This document shows positions 42,064 through 52,745 of a DNA stretch of 64,000 bases, piece by piece. A program made the position numbers and the translations under genes. Below the pieces are notes generated by a model, which saw nothing but the letters and a program-made list of their open reading frames with translations, made no database searches and was not told where the DNA came from. Position 1 is the stretch's first letter; every line of letters begins with the position of its first letter. The stretch is taken from contig MU060970.1 in assembly GCA_013265495.1 (NCBI GenBank), forward strand, positions 4,449,283 to 4,513,282, written 5' to 3'. Source of the DNA: Vicugna vicugna (taxonomy: Eukaryota).

Positions 42064-45000
42064 TGAGGCTTCTGCGTCCTCATCTATATACTGTTGCTCA
42101 AATAAAATACAGTTTCCTTCACCCGTCTCCAAGAGGCTCACAAAAATGCTTATATGCCTTGGGCCCAGCCTTATACCACCTCCTTCACACTGGGCGCTCT
42201 TTGGGTGGGCAGTGTTGCTCCCCAGCAGTCCAGCAGTGCCCTGACCCAGTGTTTTCTCTTGCCAGACACCCTGGATTGGGCACACCCAGGCCCCCATGAA
42301 ACTGAGCCCCAACAGCTGCTCACTTTGACTCAGCTCAGGTGGCCAGTCTGGGCAGACCCCTCCTTCCTCAAGAGTGCCTGGGTGGCAGGCAGACCCTTGG
42401 CCCCTCCTCAGTCTCCACGCCCTCATGTGTCCAGCAGGAGGTGGGACAAGGGCCAAGGTCAGGAATCTTGCTCTGAGCCGTGACCCGCGAGAACAGAGCT
42501 ACCCATGGATTATCATCTGCCCATCCTCCTCTGTGGGCCCACCACTGCTCGGTGCCCCAGAAATAGACAAAAGGGCCCCCTCCCTGCCTGTACCTTCAGG
42601 TCATCTCCTCCCAGGAAACAGCACAGAAGGCACGTGACTGTGAAGGGTCAGAGCCAGGGGCAAAGAATCAGAGCCTGTGGGCTGGGCCAGTGGCTGCTTG
42701 GCCTCAGATCAGGTATCTGCCCTGTGTGGCCACTGACCCAGTGAGGCAGCCTGTGCCATGTGTGCATCTGTGCAATGGGGTGACAGCACCCTGCTATGCA
42801 CAGAGAGGACCTAATGGGGTCATGGGGGTGGACAGACAGGCCTTTAGTTTTCCCAACAGCCTGGCACCCTCTGCCTCACTGGAGTCTCACAACCCCCAGC
42901 GAGGGGCTGGCCAAGGATGAGGCTGTTTTATGAATCAGAAATGGAGGCCCAAGAGGAGATGATTCAACCACAGTCACACCACAGGACAGCGGCTGTGCAG
43001 CTGGTCTGGGATGGTTTCCCTTCCCCCCAACAAGTCAGTGATCTCACCCATCTGAGAGCAAGCACACGGAGCAAGATGGCTCCGTGCCTCCCACCCACCC
43101 CCTCTCCCACAATCCACCACCACCCCAGCTCACTGTCCCTGGTCTGCTACCAACTTCCTGTGTGACCTCGGGCAACTTCCTTCCCTCTCCGGGCTGTATG
43201 TAAAAGAGGGGCGAGCATTTGTACTTTCTGAAGTCGGTGGCCCCAGGAGTCAGCCCTGGTCTCACATCAAGGTCTCGTCTCTTGGGGCTGAGGCCCACCC
43301 TGACCCCCTCGCAATCCCGCAGGTGCTGTGGGTGAAATGAGCTGTCCATCCTCATGCCTGGACCCTCCCCCTCCTCACCAGGGTGGGCTACAGGTGGAAG
43401 TGACTCCAGAGCTCTCACCTTGCCCAGGTGCCCTGTTTACTAAGGCCTCGAGCCGAGCCGGGAGTGGATCTGCTGAGGTCTGACAGCCGATGTGAGCAGG
43501 ACCCAGGTGTGATGGGGCCCCGCGGGTGGGCAGGAGGGGAGGACTCTGCACCCTGAGCTTCTGGGGCCACAGAGGGGTTAGAACGACAGGAAACACTGTC
43601 CCTGGGGGGTCGCAGGATGGACTTTAGTGGCCTTGATGGCTGACCCCTGGAACAGAAAGCCAGAGATGTTCTCCCTGGGGGGAAATCTTGTCCTGCTGCA
43701 AAACAGTCACATCATTGCACTCCCAGCAGCAGCAGCAGCACACGGTCCTGAGTTTCAGTTACTTCCGGCTTTTCTAGATCATTCGCACTTTGCCCCCTGC
43801 TCTGTCATCTCTCATCACCGTGGCTAAGAAAGTCAAAGCAAGGAGGGATCGCCTGCTGGCCCTTTGGCCGCAAGTGACCCCGTCTCTCTCCATCTCCACC
43901 CACTCCCCTTATCCCCGCTCCCTCAGTCCCCACGTGCAGGTGGCTGACCCAGTGAGTGGCGTGCAGTCCCATCCCATCCCACGACTCGCAGGGAGGCTCA
44001 CGGCCTGCCCCACTCAGCCCTACCTGCTTCCCCGCGCTGGGCAGATCCTGCCATCTCAGGTCCTGCTGTTCAGCCTGGCAGGAGAGGGCCTCTGGGCCGT
44101 TCCCTTCCTCCAGTGTTCCCACCCCTTCTCCCCAAGGGCTGTCCGGGTTGGCAGGAGCTGAGTGTCTCCAGGCCTGTGAACTCACCCTGGGAACTGAACT
44201 CTAGGGAACCTTGAGGCCGGCAGGCTGATTCCCAAACCAGTTTGGCTGTCCCTCAACCTTGTGGAGCAGGATGTTTGGACCCAAGAGGAGACGTCAGACA
44301 GGTTGAGCCTGTCTATGGACTTTAGGAAAATCCCAGCCTGGAAAATTCTCTCTCCACCTCACACTACCCTCTAGGCCTTCCTGGATAACTCAAATTCAAA
44401 TGAAAAGACACTCAAAACAAGCTCAAGGGCTGCTTTCATCAGAAAGAGAATGCCCCTTTCTTCTTGGGGCTGTCACTCAGTCCTGCTAGTCTGAGGGATG
44501 GGCCTGGACAGAGGCACCCACCAAAGAACGGCCCTGTGTACTACACCCCCATGAGGGGCCGCTAACGCACCCCTGGCCCCCTGGCTCTCAGAAGCCACCT
44601 GGTGGCAGTGAAGTCACAGCCCCCATCTTAGAGATGAGGGGCAAGCACAGAGAAGCTAGGACACACCAGAGCTTGCAGCAGGCCAGAACCAAAGCAGGAC
44701 ATCTCCTGCCTGAGATGTTTGCTGGCAGTGGGGCAGGCATGCGGAGCTAGACCACCTAAGCTGAAATTATGCAGCATTAGTAGCCAAGCAAGTGTTCTGG
44801 AGAGGGGAGGGCCCTGAACCACTCACAGCAGATTGAGGCCTCTGTGCACCCGAACCCCATATTCCTGGGTTCCAACAGGACAGACTTCTTTGGCTACCCA
44901 TGGATGGACCAGAATTATCACGGCAGGGAGTCTCCCTACCTCCATCTCGCTCAAGGCAGCACTGGAGCAGGATGGAGATCTGCAGGCCCAGGGTGGTGAG

Positions 45001-46398
45001 GATGATCCCCTCTGCCACCACGGGCCTTGGGATGACACTCCCAGTGCACCTGCAAGACAAGACCTGCTCCACACCTGCCCGCCTGCAGGCCCCAGAGCCG
45101 TGCCCCCAGGAACCTGAGCTCATGCTCCTCATTCCAACAGGCCACCTGGCCAGTCGGTTCTCTTCTACACGGACAGCTTGCCCAGGGGTTAAACACCACT
45201 GCTGTTGCTCACTCTCAGGAAGCCCGAGGGGTAAGGAGGGGTTACGGGAATCAATTTCTTCCCTGCGTAATTTACTTTTCTGAGGCTTCCCAGCTGGGTA
45301 CTCACAGTTTGGCTGTGTCCTCCTACTCCCAGCAAAAGAAGGAGAGGTCGGCGCGAGGCCGGGCCCCTCCCAAGGTCAAGCAGACCCCCGAGACCAAACA
45401 CACAACTGTCCACCTTTGTGGACAGCAAGAGGGCTGTGAGTCTGAGCGCTAGGAGCCCTTGCTGAGCACTCCCTCCATCCGCTCCAGCCACTATGTCTGC
45501 GATTCCTTCTCCCCACTCCAGGCTTGTCAGGCCTGAGCACCAGGCAAGTGGCTGAGAGGTGGAGGCAGGGCTCCGAGCCAGCTCAAGTCACTCTGCAAAT
45601 TAGGTAGGTCTTTTAGCTCAGGGGCACAAGACCTGGACCCATGGGTGGCACTTGGTGGCAGATTCAGATGCTCCTTCCTGACCCCGTATGGTGGGAGATG
45701 ACAACCTTCTAGTGGGTTCCTTACCCAAAATTGTGTTGCAGGGTTTTCTCTCTTATCTGTTTATCCAGCAAAAATCACCCGATTGCCCGCACATTTCACA
45801 TTTCTATTCTATTAGCCTCCTAATTGGTCACTCCACTCCTTTTCAGGGAAACCCGGAGTGTGGACGTTCGATGGAGCCCTGGAAACCCCCCACGCCTGGC
45901 TGTCACGACCCCTCCAGGTGCCCAGCAGGGGATGACCTGGCTGCCCTGGACGCCAGATTGGCCTTCATTTCTCCCACCGGGCTCTCCTTCTAAACTGCAG
46001 GGGCCCTGGATGCGTCTTAAGAGTCTATTTTTCATTCTTTTAGCACACGATCTATACTTGTTTTATTTATGTATTGGTAGACACCATTTGAAGAAAACCT
46101 GACATAGAGACTGAATTTATAGAACACTTCGAGGGGGAGGGGGCAGGAAATGAGAGAGTTTTTTTTCTCTTTGCAGAAGCTCCTTTACATGATGAAATGA
46201 TTCTGTGAGGTTTCTTTAAATATCCAGCTGCCTTGTTGCAATGAAAGTAAGAATCATTTATAAGAATTCCATTTACATCTAGTGCTTCCTTGGCTGCACC
46301 TGTTACTCAAGAGTGTAACACACCTGGGTGATGTCTGGGTGACTGTGGCCCGGGTGGTGAGGTCCCAGGGCAAGAATGAAGCACCTGGGTTTCCAGGC

Positions 46399-46586
46399 CA
46401 GGGCTTTCTCAATCTTGTCTGTGCATTAGAAGCATCTGGAAAGCTTGTTCAAATCCAGAGTGCTGGGCCTCACTCCCAGTGGGGTTTCTGATTCGGTGGG
46501 TCTGGGGTGGAGCTGAAAGAATTTGCATTTCTAACCAGTTCCCAGGTGATGCTGCTGGTCTGGGGACCCCAGTTTGAGAACCACTT
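46399..46586 (+). mobile_element. MER5A (hAT-Charlie) DNA transposon, full length
   Basis: ttctcaatctt...tttctgattcggtgggtctggggtgg...aatttgcatttctaaccagttcccaggtgatgctg...tttgagaaccact. Confidence 0.9.
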
Positions 46587-46799
46587 CTCTAGACTGAGGG
46601 GTGAAGCTCAGCTGCCATTTGCTGCATGAAAGGAGGGGGAGGGCACCACTCCTCCCTCTCCCCTTCATGCAAGCTCTCAGGCCAGAAGTCCTGTGTGCCT
46701 GGCAGATGGTCTCCGACACTGCTGCTAACTTCCCCGGATCTTTATGTTCAAGGCTCTGGAGGTTTGACCCCCTGACTGTTCCTGGCAGTGGTCCAGGGG

Positions 46800-46965
46800 A
46801 AAGAACACTGGGCAGGGAGTCAGAAGTGGGTGAGCCCGGGTTTGATCTACTGTGGGAACCATGCAATCTTGAGCAAGACCCTGGTAGCTATGTGCACCTC
46901 AGTTTCTTCACCTGCATGTAAACCTGCCTCACCCACCTGCTCTAATGGTGTAATGAGGCAAACTT
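46800..46965 (+). mobile_element. MIR SINE fragment
   Basis: cttgagcaag...gtgcacctcagtttcttcacctgcatgtaaa. Confidence 0.65.
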
Positions 46966-46994
46966 GGCAGTGGCTCCTGCAGACAGAGAACTTG

Positions 46995-47090
46995 ATTTAG
47001 GCCAGGCACTGTTCTGAACACTTTGCATGCACCATCTCATTCAGGCCAACACTCTAGGAGGTAACTTCTACTGCCTCCTCATAACCATTT
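46995..47090 (-). mobile_element. MIR 3' fragment, opposite orientation to its neighbour
   Basis: gccaggcactgttctgaacactttgcatgcaccatctcattc. Confidence 0.7.
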
Positions 47091-47374
47091 CCGGCTCCAC
47101 CACTCACCAGTGTGTGAGCTGTGTGGCCCTGAGCCCTCTCTGCCTTGAGGCCTGCCTCACAGTGGCTGTAAAAACTGAGCTGGATCCTGCAGGGCTCAGC
47201 ATCCCTGTGGCTCTCAGGAAGCAGCCCCAGGGCAGCTCCAAGTAGGCAGGCGGGGACAGACAGAGGCCTGGGCCATCTGCAGTTCAGGCTGGCTCCCTGT
47301 TTCTCTCCCAGAGCAGCTGGGGGAGGGAGCCGTCATTTGTTTAGGCCTCTGCAGTGTTTAATCACCACGCAGCC

Positions 47375-47398
47375 CTCCCTCCCTCCCTCCCTCCTCCT
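47375..47398 (+). repeat. (CCCT)n simple repeat
   Basis: ccctccctccctccctccctcctcc. Confidence 0.8.
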
Positions 47399-48204
47399 GC
47401 TCCAGTGCCTGCTCTCTCCCTGCAGGAAAGAGCTCTCTGCCTTCTGCCTCTGAGGGAGGCCATGAAAAATTAACACAGCACCCAGAGAGAAGGAGACACC
47501 GGGGCAGGGAGGGGCGACAGAGCCAGGTGACCAGCTGGGGAGGACCAGCCGAGCAGGCACTAGTTGGGCAAGCTGGATCCCGAGGGGGCTCTGAAGGGCC
47601 CATGGGTCAAACAACTAACCACCCAGCAGGCCACAGGGTCTTGGATGGCCGTCAGCCTGGGGGTCCAGAGCAAATCCACCTGCCTCTCAGGGAGCTAGAA
47701 TGCAGGGTCTGGGACTGCCTGGGGTCCTGAGCCCTTGGAGAATCTGAGGACAGTGACAGATTCTCTGCCTCTGGTCTGCGGTGGGCCGGGTCATGCAGGG
47801 ACATGCCCAGGGGAAGGTCAAGTGAGGCCAGGCAGAAACTGGACACACTCCTTTTCTCTGTTCATTTTCCTGACAGTCCTGGTATGGCAGGATCACTACC
47901 CCAATCTTCCAGGAGGAAACTGCCTCTCAGAGAGGTTAAGGAACCTGCCCAACAACAACCAGCCAAAACAATCAACAGAATGGGACCGACTTATTTTTAA
48001 TTAATAAAACAACTTTTATTTACCTAAGTAATGTGCAAATAGCTCCTTTAGAAAGCTAACATTTCAGCTAGAGACCAGAAGTGGGATGAGGGCCCACATT
48101 TGCCAGCCTCCAAACCCGTAGTTTTTCTATTTTATCTGACGATTCCACCTCACTGTTACATTTCGCCACCCTCCCTTCTTGACTTTTCAACAGTGACTTT
48201 TGAA

Positions 48205-48360
48205 GAAGTAATGTGTGCGTGTGATTAAAAATACACAGAAGTAGAAAAAAGGTATGTCTTCAAGAATGTGGTCTCCCCTTCCCAAGTCTTATGGCTCAGT
48301 CCCTCCCACCAGGGTAATCACACTAGTGGCTTTAGTTTTCCTTCCAGAGTGATTCCCTCA
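48205..48360 (-). mobile_element. L1ME-type 3' fragment
   Basis: aaaaatacacagaagtagaaaaaagg...ccaccagggtaatcacactagtgg...ccttccaga. Confidence 0.6.
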
Positions 48361-48364
48361 CTTT

Positions 48365-48705
48365 CACACATCACAGTCTTTGCAACATCTGCCTGGAAGG
48401 TTTCTGCCCTGGATATTTCCGTGCTTCAGTTCTCTCCATCTAGTCCTTATTCCTTACTCAGAGAGGGCTTCCCTGACCTTTCCAGTGTGTAGATGGCAAC
48501 ACCGCCCCTGCCACCCAACTCCCTCTATTACCCTGCCCTGCTGGATCCTTCTCCCTGGCATGAGTTACCTTCTACCTTTTATCTTATTTATCATCCGATG
48601 CCCCACTCTCTGCACTGGAGCAAAAGCTCTTCCAGTGCAGGGGTTTCTGTGTGCTGCATTCACTGCCATGTCCTCGGTACCCAGAACAATGCCTGACACA
48701 TGGGT
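48365..48705 (+). mobile_element. L2 LINE 3' end
   Basis: ctgcctggaagg...tcagagagggcttccctgacc...ttcactgccatgtcctcggtacccagaacaatgcctgacacatg. Confidence 0.85.
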
Positions 48706-48954
48706 GACAATATCAGCATAAGCACAGCTTGTTCGGGCAGATCCCACCCTGACACAAATGATGGCATGTTGTACATGCTGGGCTCAGCCTCCTTTTTAGG
48801 AAGACAAGTCTCAGTTCAAACTGACTGTCACTCCTAGAGGACAGAACTGTGTCTCTTCTACCTCCTTTCTCCCAAGGACCCAGCCTGGTCCAGAGCACAT
48901 AGCGGATGGTCAGAATGACCATACTGGAAACTTGATCCCTACCTCACACCACAG

Positions 48955-49135
48955 ACCAGAAAAAAAAAAAAAAGCAAAATAACAGACTTTCTAGAAGATA
49001 ATATAGGAGGAATATCTCCATGACTTTGGGATTGAGGATTTTCAAAGAGGACACAACAGCCACTAACCATAAGGGAAAGTTGAGAATTTTCCAACATTGA
49101 AGTGAAGAACTTCTGGTATACTCCTTGAAGAGTGC
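48955..49135 (+). mobile_element. L1 ORF2 remnant
   Basis: gaagataatataggaggaatatctccatgactttggg...cactaaccataagggaaag...cattgaagtgaagaacttctg. Confidence 0.8.
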
Positions 49136-50039
49136 GAAAAGGCTGGCCCAGGAAAGAGGAGAGTCTGAACAAGACAGGAGCCACACAGTGCATGGCAAGG
49201 CCAATGCTCAAGGGCCCCGGAGAGTCAGGCTCCCCAAGACTGTCTGCAGTCACCCAGGAAGGCTTCCCAGAAGAGGTGGAAGGTGACTCCATCTCACTCC
49301 TCCCCCAGCTCCGGCCTTTTCCCTCTCCTCCAGGAAAAATCAGAGACTTAAGACAGACAGAATAGCCCCAGCCCCGCCTTCCCTGCCCCACGCAGAGATA
49401 ACCAAGCAAGAAGAAACAAATGAGGGAGCCCAGGAGCCTGGCAGTGCCTTGAAAAGCTGGGCTTGACAGGGCAACAGCATTTAACACAGCTCACATCATC
49501 CATCACTGGGGCCCAGTCATTTAGATACTGGGCATTTGATTAAACTAATATGGGCGGCTGGGGCGAGGCATGGCTGGGCGCTTCCTACCCTCGCCTACAA
49601 ATGAGACCGTCACACACAATCCGATTACCTTGACTGCCACATTTATCTCGGGAGAGGGGCCATCCATCACTCCTCAGCAGCTGGCTCTGCACATCCTCCC
49701 GCAGGAGGGGAGAGAAGTGGGCCCCCAAGTTTCAGCAGGCGGTGCTCACTCAGTCATTCATTCCATCACTTTCTCAGCAAATACCGGCCCAAATGCTGAC
49801 CCGGGGGGCAGGTCTTGGGTGGGGCACTGGCCTGTAGAGCAAACACAGTCCTTGCCCTTGAGGGGCCCATGGAGGAGGTACGGGAGCTGGCAACAAAAGG
49901 CGAGCTCAGCATGCCACACTGCCAAGTGGCCCCGGCGTGAGTCCCATCCCCCTCTCCTCCAGCTGGGACTCTGAGTGTGCCATGTCACTGATCTGGTCCT
50001 CAACCTCACACTCGTGAAAGGGGATGATTAACACAGGGC

Positions 50040-50250
50040 AGCCAGTTCAAAATAACTCCTGCAGCGATGGAAATGTTGTCTATCTGTGCTGTTCAAATGG
50101 GAGCCACAGGCCACGTGTGGCTATTGAGCACTTTGTAACATGGCTACTGTGACCAAAAAGCTGAGTTTTTAATTGTATTTAATGTTACTTCATTAAATTT
50201 AAGTGTGACTGGCCACATGGGGCCCTGGCTTCCATGTTGGACATCACTGA
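50040..50250 (+). mobile_element. MER3 (hAT-Charlie) DNA transposon
   Basis: gatggaaatgttgtctatctgtgctgttcaaat...gccacgtgtggctattgagcactt...ggccacatgg. Confidence 0.85.
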
Positions 50251-52189
50251 TAGAGTGGTTGCTGCCTTTTCAAGATTGTGCTGAAGGGCCAACCAGGCAG
50301 CCTCAAAATACCCTGTGCGAAGTTCTGCACATAACAAATGGCCCCTGAAGGCTGGGCCCCCTCCTTCTCGAAGGGAGGGCCAGATTCTGAGGCCCAGGGG
50401 AACAGCAGCTGTTATCTGATAACACGGTCACCTCTACTGGCTCGTCATCCAGCAGGGTGAGCAGACTCCCATTTTAAATAAAAAGAAGTGGGACTCAGAG
50501 ATAAGGATGGTACAAACCCTGAAGTGGCAGACACAGGACTTGAGTCCAGGTGTTTGTGGCTTTGAACCCACCTCCATCTTCCCACTGGACACCTGACTAC
50601 CCAGGGGACTCACAACAGGAGGAAAGACCCAGGATGGGGCAGGCCGGCTGGGCAGGCAGGGGGCAGCAACCTCTCCCCTGACCACCACGTGTGTGGATGC
50701 CATGTTGGCCAGCGTCTTCTATGACTGGTTGCCCTCCAACGCCAGTGCTGAGGAGGTGGGTGGTAGGCACACAGGTGCAGCCGCACCCTGCCCGGCTCAC
50801 CTCAGCCCCTCAGGCCAACCCTAAGGTGGCAGTGAGGCCCCTTCCAGTGCAGGGCAAAGCTGGGGCAGCTGACAGACTTTCGGTTCTAAATACTTCAGGC
50901 TTCCTCTGCTTTATAGGATGCCAGTTAGCACAGTCTGGAAAGGGGCAGACACGGGCTCAGACCAGCTTCTGTACTAGGAACCTGAGCTCTGAGTGAGTCA
51001 AGTCCCCTCAACGGGGACCTGACCATCCCTTACAGGGCTGGAGTGGGGATGAAAGGCACTAATGAGTGTGCAAGCAGAACTCGGCACCTGCAAGTGTTTG
51101 CTCACTGGGACCTGTTAAAATCATTGGTACTTTCCGAGCTCTCAGGGCAGGTCAGAGACCAGGTGAGACCCCCAGCCGGTGCCCTGCAGGTCTGGGAAGG
51201 CTGGAGAAATGGCGTCTAGAAACAAGCATTCCAGTAGGGGTCTGAAGACCCTACCCCTCATTGGTGGGCTGTGCGACCCGGCGCCAGCTGAGTCACTCGT
51301 CTAGCAAAAACGAGAATAAAATCAGCATGTGCTAATCCTTCTGTGAGGATCAGATGGAACATGCAAAAGCACTTCTAACCTGGATTTGGACAAATCTGGT
51401 AGAATCTACGTGTGCCAGTGGGCAGGCTCTCCCGGTGACTTCAGAACAGCCTAACCCTGGAGAGAAATCACCTCCCCAAGTGAAGACAAGCGCCCTGCAG
51501 AAACAGCTGGTGCTCAGGAGTCCAGTATCCAGACATTTAAGAGGTGGCCTGCTGGCAGAGGACTTCTGATAAAAACAGAGGCTGCAAAGGGGCAGGCCCA
51601 GGTCAAGGGAAGCCTGTTTGTGAGCCCCTCTCAGGAACTTGCTGCAGGGGTGGCTGGCAGGCTCCCAGGAGTGGGCTGACCTGGCTCTGGGGCTTCAAGC
51701 TGGACCAGGCGGCTGCGGAGGATACCGGGGACACGCTGCAGCTGTAGGAAGGAGCAGGCTGCCCTGGCTGGAGTACAGGAGGTTGCTGGCAGGGGACCAC
51801 CACCAGGCTGGGAGATGGGGAGGGATGGCTGCAGGGTGGGGGCCAGGCCAGGAGAAGAGCCTAGAGGGGAGAAGTGACCTGAAAGAGGCAGAGATGAGAC
51901 GGGACTGGGGAGAGGGGATATCAGGGGAGCTGAGGAGGCCTCCCAGGAACACCCCCTCCCCCCAGACTCACCCCTCTCCACTGTCCCAGTCAAATGTACA
52001 CTTAGCCACTCACACACTAGTATAAATGAATTTATAACAAAGGTGCCAAGATGGGCAAGGAGCAATAATTGAAGGAAAAAAGATGAGGTGGGGGAAGGTG
52101 GCAACCAGCTCTCCCTAGCAAGCCACCAGTGAGAGGGGACCTTCTGTTGCCAGTACCACCAGCATACCCCCACACACACAAAAATGCCA

Positions 52190-52440
52190 ACACTCTTTTG
52201 TTGCCACTTAAACCAATTTGGGGGTAATTCTGCAGGCAATTGTCTTCCTATTTACAATGCAGCTCAGTGATTGCATCGAGGCTGATGGTTCAGGCTGTAA
52301 TTGTATGGTAATCACTTCTGTTTATGATCGATGCGGAAATCACTATTGTTTTCCAGCAGGCTTGTTAAATCAAAAAAGTGCTGGGGTGGGGAAGGAGGGT
52401 TTATTTCTGTGAGTTGGAACCCGGGGAAAATGAAATTAGG
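52190..52440. promoter_or_regulatory. AT-rich non-repeat island; candidate conserved enhancer
   Basis: TATTTAC 52249-52255, TGTTTAT 52319-52325, ATCGAT 52327-52332, ATTGTT 52345-52350, and several TAAT cores. Confidence 0.45.
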
Positions 52441-52499
52441 CAGAGCAACCCAATGTCGGGGGAGGTGGATCTGATGGCAAAGGCACCCTCATCAGCTCA

Positions 52500-52745
52500 G
52501 AACTGAGATAGGCAGCGACAGAGATGCAGTGACAGCAAGAGAGACATGGAAGGTACAGGCAGAGAGGCACAGAGACACAGGTGGGTAGAGACACAAGGTG
52601 GTGGGCAGGGATGCCTAGGGAATGACCAGGCTCGGGACAGAGATGATCAGATAAGCAGATACACACAGAGGTGCCAGACAGACCCTGCTGCTCATACATC
52701 CAGAGATGCTGAGAGAGAGAGAGAGAGAAAGAGAGAGGGAGGAGG
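52500..52745 (+). repeat. GA/GACA-rich low-complexity tract ending in (GA)n
   Basis: gagagagagagagagagaaagagagaggg at 52708-52740. Confidence 0.75.
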
